Shown: positions 10,343-19,809 of the stretch, one piece after another
How the letters are laid out: each line of letters begins with the position of its first letter
Position numbering within the stretch: position 1 is the first letter of the stretch
NCBI GenBank assembly: GCA_040396175.1
Contig: JBEBOZ010000005.1
Span: forward strand, 20,265 to 84,264
Origin: Comamonas sp.
GTDB taxonomy: Bacteria; Pseudomonadota; Gammaproteobacteria; Burkholderiales; Burkholderiaceae_C
Length of the DNA: 64,000 nucleotides
Reading direction: 5' to 3'
Program-made: the position numbers and the translations under genes
Notes under the pieces: model-generated
What the model saw: only the letters and a program-made list of their open reading frames with translations
What the model was told of the DNA's origin: nothing
The model's database searches: none

Positions 10343-10378
10343 CAAGGTTTTCAAGGTGGACTTCACCTGAAAACCTTG
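10343..10378. other. Intercistronic stem-loop between flgG and flgH
   Basis: CAAGGTTTTC-a-AGGTG-gactt-CACCT-GAAAACCTTG inverted repeat. Confidence 0.75.
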
Positions 10379-10421
10379 CTGGATGCGCTGAAGCGGCTCA
10401 CTTAATAAGAGAGCTTGAAAA

Positions 10422-11204
10422 TCAGAGCTGCGAGAGCTTGGCCAGCATCTGGTCACTGGTGGAGATGGCCTTGGAATTCATTTCATAGGCGCGCTGGGTC
10501 TGGATCATGGCCACCAGTTCTTCCACCACGTTCACATTGGACGATTCCAGAAAGCCCTGCATCACCGTGCCCAGATTGTTGGAGCCGGGTGTGCCCGCCT
10601 GCGGCGTGCCCGAGGCCGGGGTTTCACGGAACAGGTTCTCACCCAGAGGCTCCAGGCCGGCGGGATTGATGAACGATGCGGTGTTCAACTGGCCGATCTG
10701 CTGGGGCGTGGCGCTGCCGGACACCGTGACTTCCACCAGACCGGTCTTGCTGATGCTCAGGCGGGTGGCGTTGGCCGGCACCGTGATGCCGTCCAGCAGC
10801 GGGTAGCCGCCGGCGGTGACGAGCTGGCCGGTGCCGTTCTTGCTGAAGGTGCCGTCACGGGTATAGGCCGTGGTGCCGTCGGGCATCTGGATCTGGAAGA
10901 AACCATCGCCGCTGATGGCCACATCCAGGTCCTTGCCGGATTCCAGCGGTGTGCCCTGGGTGAAGTTGCGGGTGGTGGCCACGGTGCGCACACCCAGGCC
11001 CAGGTGCATACCGGTGGGCAGCGTGTTTTGCTCGTCGGCCTGGGAGCCGACCTGGCGCATGTTCTGGTAGATCAGGTCTTCGAACACGGCGCTCTGGCGC
11101 TTGTAGCCGGTGGTCGAGACGTTGGACAAATTGTGCGAGACCACGTCCATGTTGGTCTGCTGGGCCTGCATGCCGGTCTTGGCAATCCACAGGGAATTCA
11201 TCAT
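10422..11204 (-). CDS. flgG: Distal rod protein FlgG
   Basis: SLWIAKTGM, FEDLIYQNMRQ, LESSNVNVVEELVAMIQTQRAYEMNSK. Confidence 0.97.
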   Translation of the reverse strand: MMNSLWIAKTGMQAQQTNMDVVSHNLSNVSTTGYKRQSAVFEDLIYQNMRQVGSQADEQNTLPTGMHLGLGVRTVATTRNFTQGTPLESGKDLDVAISGDGFFQIQMPDGTTAYTRDGTFSKNGTGQLVTAGGYPLLDGITVPANATRLSISKTGLVEVTVSGSATPQQIGQLNTASFINPAGLEPLGENLFRETPASGTPQAGTPGSNNLGTVMQGFLESSNVNVVEELVAMIQTQRAYEMNSKAISTSDQMLAKLSQL

Positions 11205-11247
11205 GGCAAGGGTTCCTTCCGTATTCGGTGTGTGGGCTGCGCGCGGA

Positions 11248-11985
11248 TCAGCCGTTCATGCTCAGCAGCTGGCTGGCCGTCTTGTCATTGCTCTCGGCCG
11301 TCTGCAGCATCTTGATCTGTTGCTCGAACTGGCGCGAGGCGGCGATCATGCCCACCATCTGTTCGACGGCGTTCACGTTGGAGCCTTCCAGGGTGCCGGC
11401 CACCAGGCGGGCGTTGCCGTCGTTGGGCAGGTCGCCGTCCACGCCGCGGAACAGGCCGTCATCGCTGCGCTTGATGGTTTGCTCGGCGGTGGGCGTGACC
11501 ATCTTGAGGCGGCCGATGCTCATGGGCGGCTGGTTGGGCAGCGTGGCCACCACGGTGCCATCGGCCCCGAAGTTGAGCTTGGCATTCTGGGGAATGTCGA
11601 TGGGCGTGCCGCCGTCGGACAGCACGGGCAGGCCGGTGGCGGTGACCAACTGGCCCTGTTCGGTCACTTCCAGTGCGCCGTTGCGGGTGTAGGCCTCCAT
11701 GCCGTCCATGCCCTGCACGGCAAACCAGGCATTGCCACGGGCCATGAGGTCGGTGTTCTTGCCGGTGGTCATGGCGGGCCCGGGGGTTTGCAGGTGGCCG
11801 GACGTGGCGTCCAGCGCAAACACGCGGGTGGAGGAGCCCTGGCCTTGGACGGGGACCGAACGGAATGTCGTCATTTCCGAGCGGAAGCCCGTGGTCGAGG
11901 CGTTGGCCAGGTTGTTGGACAGCACCGCCTGCCGCTGGGCAGCGGCGTTGGCACCGGTCATGGTGGTGTAGATGATGCGGTCCAT
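11248..11985 (-). CDS. flgF: Proximal rod protein FlgF
   Basis: MDRIIYTTMTGA, NNLANASTTGFR, LEGSNVNAV. Confidence 0.96.
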   Translation of the reverse strand: MDRIIYTTMTGANAAAQRQAVLSNNLANASTTGFRSEMTTFRSVPVQGQGSSTRVFALDATSGHLQTPGPAMTTGKNTDLMARGNAWFAVQGMDGMEAYTRNGALEVTEQGQLVTATGLPVLSDGGTPIDIPQNAKLNFGADGTVVATLPNQPPMSIGRLKMVTPTAEQTIKRSDDGLFRGVDGDLPNDGNARLVAGTLEGSNVNAVEQMVGMIAASRQFEQQIKMLQTAESNDKTASQLLSMNG

Positions 11986-12018
11986 TGCAAACTCCTAATT
12001 GCGCGTGTCGGGTTGCGC

Positions 12019-13263
12019 TTAGCGCAGGTTGACCAGGGTCGAGAAGATCTGGTCCTGAGTCTTGATGGTCTGCGCATTGGCCTGGTAGGCGCGCTGTGCC
12101 GTCATCATGTTCACCAGCTCGGCGGTCAGGTCGACGTTGGATTCTTCCAGCGCGTTGCCCTGGATGTCGCCAAAACTGCCGCTGCCGGCCGATCCATAGA
12201 CGGCGGGGCCGGAATCATTGGAGGCGAGCCAGTTGTTGTTGCCGTCGGGGATCAGACCCTGGGAGTTGGTGAATTTGGCCAGGGCGATCTGGGCTTCGGC
12301 GCGGGTGACACCATTGGAGTAGGACGCCATCAGCGTGCCATCCTTGGAGACATTGACGCTGGTCAGTTCGCCGGAGGCATACCCGTCCTGCGTCAGCTTG
12401 GCCACGGACCAGGCGCTGCCGAACTGGGTGGCCTTGGTCAGGTCCATCTTCACCGCGAAGGGGCTGGCGGCACCCGTGGTGGGGGTGATGGTCAGCTCGA
12501 ACGGATCGGTGGCCGCTGCGGGCGGTGCCGGCGTGGCGCTGGCCAGGGTGCCGTCGGTGTTGAAGGTCAGCGTGCCGATGGGGTCGGTGGCCGTCAGGCT
12601 GTCATAGACCTCCCAGCTGTTGGGGCCGGTCTTCTCGAAGTACACCGATGCAGGATGGGCCACGCCCAGGCTGTCGAAGACCTGCAGCGAGGTGCCGTAG
12701 GTGGCACGCGGCGTGGGTTCGATGGGAGGGGTGGCCGTGGCGTCGCCCGCGGCCAGGTTGGCGCGTGCATCCAGGTTCAGGATGCCCGTCACGCTGGTGG
12801 TTTGCTTGGCGGGGATGGGCGCGCCGGTGGGGAAGGTCAGTTCGGTCAAGGCCACGCTGTTGCGCAGGCCGGTGATGGGGTCCACGGTGTAGCCCATCAC
12901 CTTGTCGCCGTTGACGGTCTGCAATTCGCCGCTCTTGGTCAACTGGAAGTTGCCGGAGCGCGTGTAGGCCATGCCGCTGGAGGTGTTGACCACGAAGAAG
13001 CCGTCGCCATTGATGGCCATGTCCAGACCGTTGTTCGTCGGAACGATCACACCCTGACTGAATTGCTGCGACACGGCGGATACGCTCACACCGATGCCGG
13101 CGTTGCTGCCGCTGGCGGCGCCCATGGCGCTGGCCACCATTTCATTGAATTCGGCACGCGAGGACTTGAAGCCCGTGGTGTTGCTGTTGGCGATGTTGTG
13201 GCCAATGACGTCCAGGTTCTTGCTGGAGGCGTTCAGGCCGGAGAGGCCGTGATAAAAACCCAT
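12019..13263 (-). CDS. flgE: Hook protein FlgE
   Basis: LSGLNA...GHNIANSNTTGFK, LEESNVDLTAELVNMMTAQRAYQANAQTI. Confidence 0.97.
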   Translation of the reverse strand: MGFYHGLSGLNASSKNLDVIGHNIANSNTTGFKSSRAEFNEMVASAMGAASGSNAGIGVSVSAVSQQFSQGVIVPTNNGLDMAINGDGFFVVNTSSGMAYTRSGNFQLTKSGELQTVNGDKVMGYTVDPITGLRNSVALTELTFPTGAPIPAKQTTSVTGILNLDARANLAAGDATATPPIEPTPRATYGTSLQVFDSLGVAHPASVYFEKTGPNSWEVYDSLTATDPIGTLTFNTDGTLASATPAPPAAATDPFELTITPTTGAASPFAVKMDLTKATQFGSAWSVAKLTQDGYASGELTSVNVSKDGTLMASYSNGVTRAEAQIALAKFTNSQGLIPDGNNNWLASNDSGPAVYGSAGSGSFGDIQGNALEESNVDLTAELVNMMTAQRAYQANAQTIKTQDQIFSTLVNLR

Positions 13264-13298
13264 GGTGTGTGCTCCTCGAAGAGATGTGATTTCCGGTC

Positions 13299-13946
13299 TT
13301 AGAAGACCGACTTGACGCCGCTGTAGTCGACGGTGGCACCGCTGCCCAGCTCCAGCATCAGCTTGCCGTTGCTCACCGTGGCGGCGACGACGTTGCTGGC
13401 GGTCAGTGGCGTGACCTTGACGGTGCTTTCCGCGTTGGAGGCCTTCACGCTGTATTGCAGCTGCGACTTGTCGCCGGTGTATTTGCTGCCGTCCCAGGTG
13501 AAGTAGTTGCGGCCGGCATCCAGGCCGGTCATCTCGACCGTATCCACCAGCTCGCCCGAGGCGTTGGTGATGGTCACGGTCACGTTCGCCGCCTTGCTGT
13601 CCAGCTCGAAGGCGGCCGTGGCCTGGCCTTCTTCGGTCACCGCCAGGCCATTGCCCTCGGTCAGCACGGTGTGGCCGATCAGGCTGCTGCCTTGCAGCAT
13701 CTGCATCTGGTTGAACTGGCTGGTCACGCTGGAGACGGTGTCGTTGAGCTTTTCGATGCCGCTCACCGTGCTGATCTGCGCCATTTGCGAGGTCAGCTGG
13801 GCGTTGTCCATGGGATTGGTGGGGTCCTGGTTTTTCAGCTGGGCCACCAGCAGGGTCAGGAACTTGTCCTGCATTTCCTGCGCGGAGGTCGCGCCGGAGC
13901 TGCTGGAAGAGGAAGAAGAGCTGTTGGAGCTGACGCCGTTGATCAT
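13299..13946 (-). CDS. flgD: Hook capping protein FlgD
   Basis: FLTLLVAQLKNQDPTNPMDNAQLTSQMAQISTV. Confidence 0.96.
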   Translation of the reverse strand: MINGVSSNSSSSSSSSSGATSAQEMQDKFLTLLVAQLKNQDPTNPMDNAQLTSQMAQISTVSGIEKLNDTVSSVTSQFNQMQMLQGSSLIGHTVLTEGNGLAVTEEGQATAAFELDSKAANVTVTITNASGELVDTVEMTGLDAGRNYFTWDGSKYTGDKSQLQYSVKASNAESTVKVTPLTASNVVAATVSNGKLMLELGSGATVDYSGVKSVF

Positions 13947-13975
13947 GGGGTCCTACTTTCTGGTGCTGCGGGCGG

Positions 13976-14380
13976 TTACTGGCCCAGCTGCAGCGTCTTG
14001 AGCAGCAGCGTCTTGGCGGTGTTCATCACTTCCACGTTGTTCTGGTAGGAACGGGAAGCGGAAATCATGTTGACCATCTCGTCCACAGCATTGACGTTGG
14101 AGTGGGTCACATAGCCCTGTTCATCGGCCAGCGGGTGTTCGGGGTTGTGTATGCGGCGGCCGGGGGTGTTGTCTTCCTCCACGCCCACCACCTTGACGCC
14201 GGCCGAGCCGTCCTTGCCCATGGGGGCGGTCTGGAAGACCACTTCGCGGGCCTTGTAGACATCGCCGTTGGGGCCGGCGACGGCATCCACGTTGGCCAGG
14301 TTGGAGGCCACGACGTTGAGGCGTTGCGACTGGGCGCTGATGGCGCTGCCCGAGACGCTGAAGATGGAGAACATGGACAT
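13976..14380 (-). CDS. flgC: Rod protein FlgC
   Basis: RLNVVASNLAN, HPLADEQGYV, ASRSYQNN. Confidence 0.97.
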   Translation of the reverse strand: MSMFSIFSVSGSAISAQSQRLNVVASNLANVDAVAGPNGDVYKAREVVFQTAPMGKDGSAGVKVVGVEEDNTPGRRIHNPEHPLADEQGYVTHSNVNAVDEMVNMISASRSYQNNVEVMNTAKTLLLKTLQLGQ

Positions 14381-14410
14381 GGTGGGTTCCTATTCCTGGC
14401 GGTGCGTGAA

Positions 14411-14836
14411 TTACTGGCCGGTGATGGCGCTGAGCATGGTCTTGGACGAACCGTTCAGGAAACGCAGCGTGGCTTCGTAGCGCACGGAGTTGTCCACGAA
14501 GTTGGCGCGTTCGCGGTCCAGGTCCACGGTGTTGTTGTCCATGCTGGGCTGGGAGGCGATGGAGTAGCCCAGCGTGGAATCCTGGTTATGCCCGGTCTTG
14601 GCGGCAGGCAGCGGAATGTGCTGGGCGTGGCTGACGCTGCCGGCGCGCTGCTGCTGCATCTGGGCGGTGGGCGGTTCGGTGGCTTCACGCAGGGTCTTGC
14701 CAAAGTCGAAGTCGCGGGCCACGTAGCCCGGCGTGTCGGCATTGGCAATATTGCTGGAGAGCATGCGCTGACGCTCGGCGCGCAGCACCAGTGCGTTGCT
14801 GTGGAAATTCAATCCGCCGGTCATTTTGTCGAGCAT
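14411..14836 (-). CDS. flgB: Rod protein FlgB
   Basis: LSSNIANADTPGY, DNNTVDLDRE; GAGGA SD before ATG 14836. Confidence 0.96.
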   Translation of the reverse strand: MLDKMTGGLNFHSNALVLRAERQRMLSSNIANADTPGYVARDFDFGKTLREATEPPTAQMQQQRAGSVSHAQHIPLPAAKTGHNQDSTLGYSIASQPSMDNNTVDLDRERANFVDNSVRYEATLRFLNGSSKTMLSAITGQ

Positions 14837-14897
14837 GTGTTCCTCTCGCTTGCAATAGATGGCATCCATGCATCGACAGGACGCAGGAAGTGGGCTG

Positions 14898-14990
14898 ATT
14901 ATGGAAATCGGGTGGTTTTTCTAAAGCGCGAAGAACTGGGGCTTGGGCCTGCAGTTCCCGGGTTTGCGCGCAGGCATCTGGCTCTACATT
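14898..14990. promoter_or_regulatory. Divergent class-2 (FlhDC-type) promoter pair for flgB and flgA
   Basis: CGAAGAA(14929)-N17-AGTTCCC; minus-strand -10 CATAAT (14903-14898) and plus-strand -10 TACATT (14985), each 25 nt from the near half-site. Confidence 0.65.
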
Positions 14991-15046
14991 GCTGACATCG
15001 CCTCGAAAGGGTTCGGGGCTGTCTGCTATATGAAAGCCTGCTCCTG

Positions 15047-15784
15047 ATGTCTTTTGCCCGCTGTGTTGCCGTCTCTGTCGCCACTTTCTGCCGCAAGCAG
15101 GGCGTGCTGGCGGCAGCGTGCGCGCTGGCAGCGGTGTCAGTGCAGGCTCAGAGTCTGGAGCAGGTCAGCCAGCAATGGCTGAACAACGCGCTGGCGCAAG
15201 GCAGTGCTTCGCCGCAGGAAATGCCTTTGCGCCTGGAGGTGGAGCTGGGAAGACTGGATCCTCGCCTGAATCTGGCGCCGTGCGCTCGCATGGAGCCTTA
15301 TCTGCCCAATGGCTCCAAGCTGTGGGGGCGCACCCGCATCGGTATCCGCTGCCTGGAAGGCAGTCGCCTGTGGAATGTATTCATGCCTGTCACGGTCAAG
15401 GCCTGGGGCCCTGCCTGGGTGCTGACCAACAATGTCGCCCTGGGCGATGTTTTGGGTGCTCAGGACGCCATGCAGTCCGAAGTGGACTGGGCGGCCGAAA
15501 CGGCCGCCGTGATCGCCTTGCCGGACGACTGGGTCGGGCAGAGCGCCGCCCGGTCCCTGAGTTCGGGGCAGACCCTGCGCCAAGGCATGGTCCGCGCGCC
15601 GCAGCTGTTCAAAGCTGGATCGCCGGTCAAAGTGGTGGCTGGCGGCACAGGATTTCAGGTGACTTCGTCTGGCCAGGCACTTTCTGCCGGAGGGCAGGGG
15701 CAGGGCGTACGCGTTCGCATGGATAATGGCCGGATTGTCTCCGGTACGGTCAATGCGAGAGGGGAAGTCGTCGTCAACCAGTAG
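15047..15784 (+). CDS. flgA: P-ring assembly chaperone FlgA
   Basis: LDPRLNLAPC, LWGRTRIGIRC, C-terminal VRVRMDNGRIVSG; divergent from flgB. Confidence 0.92.
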   Translation: MSFARCVAVSVATFCRKQGVLAAACALAAVSVQAQSLEQVSQQWLNNALAQGSASPQEMPLRLEVELGRLDPRLNLAPCARMEPYLPNGSKLWGRTRIGIRCLEGSRLWNVFMPVTVKAWGPAWVLTNNVALGDVLGAQDAMQSEVDWAAETAAVIALPDDWVGQSAARSLSSGQTLRQGMVRAPQLFKAGSPVKVVAGGTGFQVTSSGQALSAGGQGQGVRVRMDNGRIVSGTVNARGEVVVNQ

Positions 15785-15810
15785 GCGGACGCCGTTTCGA
15801 AAAGAAACAC

Positions 15811-15837
15811 TCAAGTTTTCCGGCGCCCCGCCGATAG
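15811..15837 (+). promoter_or_regulatory. Sigma-28 promoter of flgM
   Basis: TCAA-N15-GCCGATAG versus consensus TAAA-N15-GCCGATAA. Confidence 0.85.
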
Positions 15838-15875
15838 ACTGGATATCAAGCCCGCAAGCGGGCACTGGAGCACAT

Positions 15876-16196
15876 ATGAAGGTCGGACAAAACGCAGAGC
15901 GGCTGGCACAGCTGCAACAAACACAGATTCAAGCCGCGGCAGACAAAAAGGCCGGTACGGCCGGTGAAGCCCTGCAGCGCACCACCCAGACCGCCGCGGC
16001 CGGCGTGCCGGTGACGGTGTCGGATTCGGCGCGTTCACTCGATGTGAATGCCAAAAACCAAGGCGACATTGATGTCGCCAAGGTGCGCGCCATGCGTGAA
16101 GCCATTGCCAACGGCACGTTCTCTGTGAATGCCGGCGCCGTGGCAGACAAGCTGCTGGGTGATGCCAGCGACTTCCTGCGCCCTGTCTCCCGCTGA
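15876..16196 (+). CDS. flgM: Anti-sigma-28 factor FlgM
   Basis: DIDVAKVRAMREAIANGTFSVNAGAVADKLL; GGAG SD before ATG 15876. Confidence 0.93.
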   Translation: MKVGQNAERLAQLQQTQIQAAADKKAGTAGEALQRTTQTAAAGVPVTVSDSARSLDVNAKNQGDIDVAKVRAMREAIANGTFSVNAGAVADKLLGDASDFLRPVSR

Positions 16197-16337
16197 GATC
16201 TTCGCCCACCGGCGGCTTCGGCCCGCTCTTGCATGTTCTGCCTTCCGACCTTCGGCAGACCTGCATCGGCGGGCTTTGGCATTTCTGGCCCGGTGCCGCA
16301 CAATGCACTCATTTTCTGACGGACGGAATATCGCGCT

Positions 16338-16718
16338 ATGCAACTTGAAGAAGCCTTGAACCACGTGGAAAGCCAGGTCCAGCTGATGGCCGCCTCGTTG
16401 ACCGGCCAGGAAGGTGTGCCGGCTCCCGATGTGGTGAGTGAGCGCTTGCGCAGCTGTATGGTGGCTTTTTCCGGGCTGGCGCAGAATTTCACGCCAGAGC
16501 AGTTCACCCCGGCACTGCGCCAGCGCATGCAGGTGATCTCCCAGACCCTGGCCCTGCAGCGCGAACACCTGGTGCGCATGGGTGCCATCACGGCACAGCA
16601 GGCCCAGGTCCTGGTGCCGCAGCAGCGCGATGGCCACACCTATGGGGAGATGGCATCGACGGCGGCACCGCAAGGCGGACGGGCGGCGGTTTCCAAGCTC
16701 TATCACATCAGCGGCTGA
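16338..16718 (+). CDS. Small helical protein at the flgN position (FlgN-like export chaperone)
   Basis: Follows flgM, similar size, ends in a TYG-containing tail; similarity to canonical FlgN is weak. Confidence 0.6.
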   Translation: MQLEEALNHVESQVQLMAASLTGQEGVPAPDVVSERLRSCMVAFSGLAQNFTPEQFTPALRQRMQVISQTLALQREHLVRMGAITAQQAQVLVPQQRDGHTYGEMASTAAPQGGRAAVSKLYHISG

Positions 16719-16738
16719 CGCTTTCAGCACCTCAAAAC

Positions 16739-16770
16739 AAAAAAAGCCAGCGCATGCGCTGGCTTTTTTT
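16739..16770. terminator. Bidirectional intrinsic terminator between the flgN-like gene and fliA
   Basis: Perfect 32-bp palindrome AAAAAAAGCCAGCGCATGCGCTGGCTTTTTTT between convergent genes. Confidence 0.92.
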
Positions 16771-16870
16771 TGTGAGCAGTATTTCCAGCCTGTTCAGCGG
16801 CTGGAGTGCTTTTTGTGGGTGGGTAGCTATGCCGCATGCGGCCAGCAAGTTCACCCCAAGGCAAAGGTGT

Positions 16871-17587
16871 TCAGTGGGGGCGCATCTTGGTGCGCAGTCT
16901 GGCAATGGCCTGGCTGTGCAGCTGGCAGACGCGGGACTCGGTGACTTCCAGCACGGCGGCAATCTCCTTGAGATTCATGTCGTGCTCGTAGTACATGCCC
17001 ATCACGTACTTCTCGCGCTCCGGCAGGCCTTCGATGGCTTGCACCAGAGCGGTGCGCAGCCGGTGGTCGCGCAGCATGGCCATGGGGTCACTGCTGCTGT
17101 CGGCCACATAGCGGTCCAGATAGCCTTCGTCGTCGTCCTGTCCGGGGGACAGGTCTTCCAGGTAGAACAGCTGCGTGCCGCGCACCTTGCCCAGCAGGCT
17201 CTGGTACTCGTCCAGCGGCAGGTCCATGGCTTCGGCGATTTCAGACTCGCGTGGCGTGCGGCCCAGCCGCTGCTCCAGGCGGCGGATGGTGACTTCGATG
17301 TCTTTCTGCCCTTTGCGCGAGCTGCGGCTCATCCAGTCGCTCTCGCGCAGTTCGTCGAGCATGGCGCCGCGGATGCGCTGGCTGGCAAAGGTCTCGAATT
17401 GCACGCCCTGGGCACTTTCGTAGCGCGACAACGCTTCGGCCAGACCGATCATGCCCACCTGGATCAGATCGTCCAGTTCCACGTTCGGAGGCAGCTTGGC
17501 GATCATATGGTGCGCAATACGACGCACCAGCGGGGCGTGCTGGCGGATCAGCGCGTCACGATCAAGCTGGCCATGGGCGGTGTACAT
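16871..17587 (-). CDS. fliA: Flagellar sigma factor sigma-28
   Basis: LDDLIQVGMIGL, RIRGAMLDELR, VTESRVCQLHSQA. Confidence 0.97.
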   Translation of the reverse strand: MYTAHGQLDRDALIRQHAPLVRRIAHHMIAKLPPNVELDDLIQVGMIGLAEALSRYESAQGVQFETFASQRIRGAMLDELRESDWMSRSSRKGQKDIEVTIRRLEQRLGRTPRESEIAEAMDLPLDEYQSLLGKVRGTQLFYLEDLSPGQDDDEGYLDRYVADSSSDPMAMLRDHRLRTALVQAIEGLPEREKYVMGMYYEHDMNLKEIAAVLEVTESRVCQLHSQAIARLRTKMRPH

Positions 17588-17591
17588 CGGG

Positions 17592-18347
17592 TCAATGGCT
17601 CCAATCGGTAGGCTGGGCGGCGGCCTGCTGCGGCATTCCTACCGCTTCGGCTTGCTCCAAGCATTGTAGCGACCAGCGCTGCAGTTGCCGGGGGTTATCA
17701 GGGTTCAGTTGCATGACGAGAGGCTCGACATGCAGGTGGTGCATGGCGCACTGCACCACGGCCTGCAGATTGCGGGCGAAACCCGTGTCCGGCGACATGG
17801 AAACCAGCTTGGCGGTCAGTCCGGTATGCATCAGCATGTGCTTGAGCGCGCGGTAGCTGCGCAGCACGCTGCGGCCCTGGGAGGGCACCATCAGCAGCGG
17901 GGACTGGCTGGCGCCGTGCAGCACCGGGCTCAGAATCTGTTCCGGGGCAATGATGATGACCAGCGCATGGTTGCGCAAGTGGCGGTGCAGCAGGTCCAGG
18001 GCGCGGCAGCCTTGCTGGCGGGCACGGTGGGCCAGTTGCAGCAGGCCGCGGGCGGCCGGCAGGGTGGCCACGCTGTGTGCGCCTTCGGTGCCCACGGGCA
18101 GGGCGCCAAAGCCGCTGCCGCTATGGGGCTGCAGCAGATCCTGCAGGCCCGGCGCATCGGCCGTTTCCTGCTCGGTGCCATCCAGCACGATGACCGGATA
18201 GCCTTGTTGTTGCAGATGGGTGCAGGCGCTCCACAGGGCCTGGGTGCCTGCCAGATCCCCACCGGGCAGCACGCTCAGCACGCGCAGCGGGTTGGCCGCA
18301 GCCTGCCATTGCAGGCCGGAACCTTGGTGGCTGCTGCTCTCAAGCAT
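17592..18347 (-). CDS. Degenerate FlhG/FleN (MinD-like) protein
   Basis: Lies between flhF and fliA; retains QGYPVIVLDG and SYRALKHM segments but no KGGxGK Walker A. Confidence 0.6.
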   Translation of the reverse strand: MLESSSHQGSGLQWQAAANPLRVLSVLPGGDLAGTQALWSACTHLQQQGYPVIVLDGTEQETADAPGLQDLLQPHSGSGFGALPVGTEGAHSVATLPAARGLLQLAHRARQQGCRALDLLHRHLRNHALVIIIAPEQILSPVLHGASQSPLLMVPSQGRSVLRSYRALKHMLMHTGLTAKLVSMSPDTGFARNLQAVVQCAMHHLHVEPLVMQLNPDNPRQLQRWSLQCLEQAEAVGMPQQAAAQPTDWSH

Positions 18348-19809
18348 GCAGGCCTCCTGCGGAGCGGGGCGACTCTGCAAAGAAGAAGTCCAGATCCAGG
18401 GCCGATGGGTCGAAGGCCGAACGGGTGTGGGCGCGCATCGACGAGGCGATCAGTTCCTGGGCGTTGGCGCGCTCGAAGTCTTCGGGCACACGCTGGCCGT
18501 TGGTGATGCCGCGCAGCTGCATCTGGTGGCGCACCAGAGCGTCCAGGGCTGGACCCAGCTTCACGGCCTCGTCCACCTTGGACAGGATGGTCTGCTTGCA
18601 GCCATTGCGCTTGAAGGCACCCAGCGATTCGTCCAGCGTATCGCCCTGGCTGCCGGCGTTGACCACCAGCAGGCGTTGCACGCCAGGCAGGTCCAGCACG
18701 TCCAGGATGTCGTCCTTGCGCGGATCGCGCGGGGCTACACCGGTGGTGTCGATCAGGACCATCTTCTTGCCGGACAGCAGGCTCAGCAGGTCTTGCAGCG
18801 CGGCCTTGTCATGGGCCAGGTGGGCCACCACACCCAGCATGCGGCCGTAGGCACGCAGCTGTTCGTGGCCGCCGACGCGGTAGGTGTCCAGCGTGATCAG
18901 GCCAACATTGTGGGCGCCGTGGACCTGCGCAGCCAGGGCGGCCAGCTTGGCGGCCGTGGTGGTCTTGCCCACGCCGGTGGAACCCACGAGGGCGAACACG
19001 CCACCGGTTTCGTAGATGGAGGCCTGCTTGGCGTCGGTGTGCAGATTGCGTTCCAGCACGTTCATCAGCCACTTCAGGGCTTCGGCCGGGCCGGCGTTCT
19101 GGGGCATGCGCTCCAGCAGGGTGCGGCCCAGCGCGGGCGAGTAGCCGGCGCGGATCAGCTTGACCATCAGGTTCGAGTGCAGCGGGCTCTGGCGCGTCTG
19201 GTTCAGCCACGACAGGGTGTTGAAGCGCTCTTCAATCAGGTCCTTCATAGACTGCAGCTCACCCATCACCTGGGTGTTCAGTGCAGGGGCGGCCGGGGCG
19301 GGCTTGCGCGTCTCGACCGGCAGTTCAATGGCCATGCCGCGCAGCGGGTTGTGCTTGACCACCGTGGGGGTGGTGGGCAGCGGTGCGGTGTCGCGCACGG
19401 CATCCAGACGGTTCTTGCGGGCAAAAGTGGGCAGTGCCGGCACTTCTTCTTCCATCTGGGCATCGGGGCCACGGCGGCGCAGCATGCGTTCGCGCACATA
19501 GTCCTGGAAGGACAGGGTGCTCATGCTCAGCTGTTCGGTATCTTCTGCCACGGACTGCTTGGCCGAGGCCTGCAGCGCCTTGGGGGGGCGGGTTTCATCG
19601 GCATCGCGCGCCTGGATGGCTGCCTGCAGGCGGTTGCTGGTGCGGTTGCCTTGGTCCAGCTTGCCCAGACCGTCTTCCGACGTGGCCATGACTTCCACGC
19701 CGGTGGAGGTGGCGCGGTTGGCAAGGATCAGTGTGCCTTCCCCAAAGACGGCCCGCGCTTTGGCCAGGGCCTCACGGGAGGTGGGGGCGGTAAAGCGTTG
19801 GATGTTCAT
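18340..19809 (-). CDS. flhF: SRP-family GTPase FlhF
   Basis: GSTGVGKTTTAAKLA, DTYRVGGHEQL, DTTG, SKVDE, GQRVPED. Confidence 0.96.
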   Translation of the reverse strand: MNIQRFTAPTSREALAKARAVFGEGTLILANRATSTGVEVMATSEDGLGKLDQGNRTSNRLQAAIQARDADETRPPKALQASAKQSVAEDTEQLSMSTLSFQDYVRERMLRRRGPDAQMEEEVPALPTFARKNRLDAVRDTAPLPTTPTVVKHNPLRGMAIELPVETRKPAPAAPALNTQVMGELQSMKDLIEERFNTLSWLNQTRQSPLHSNLMVKLIRAGYSPALGRTLLERMPQNAGPAEALKWLMNVLERNLHTDAKQASIYETGGVFALVGSTGVGKTTTAAKLAALAAQVHGAHNVGLITLDTYRVGGHEQLRAYGRMLGVVAHLAHDKAALQDLLSLLSGKKMVLIDTTGVAPRDPRKDDILDVLDLPGVQRLLVVNAGSQGDTLDESLGAFKRNGCKQTILSKVDEAVKLGPALDALVRHQMQLRGITNGQRVPEDFERANAQELIASSMRAHTRSAFDPSALDLDFFFAESPRSAGGLHA

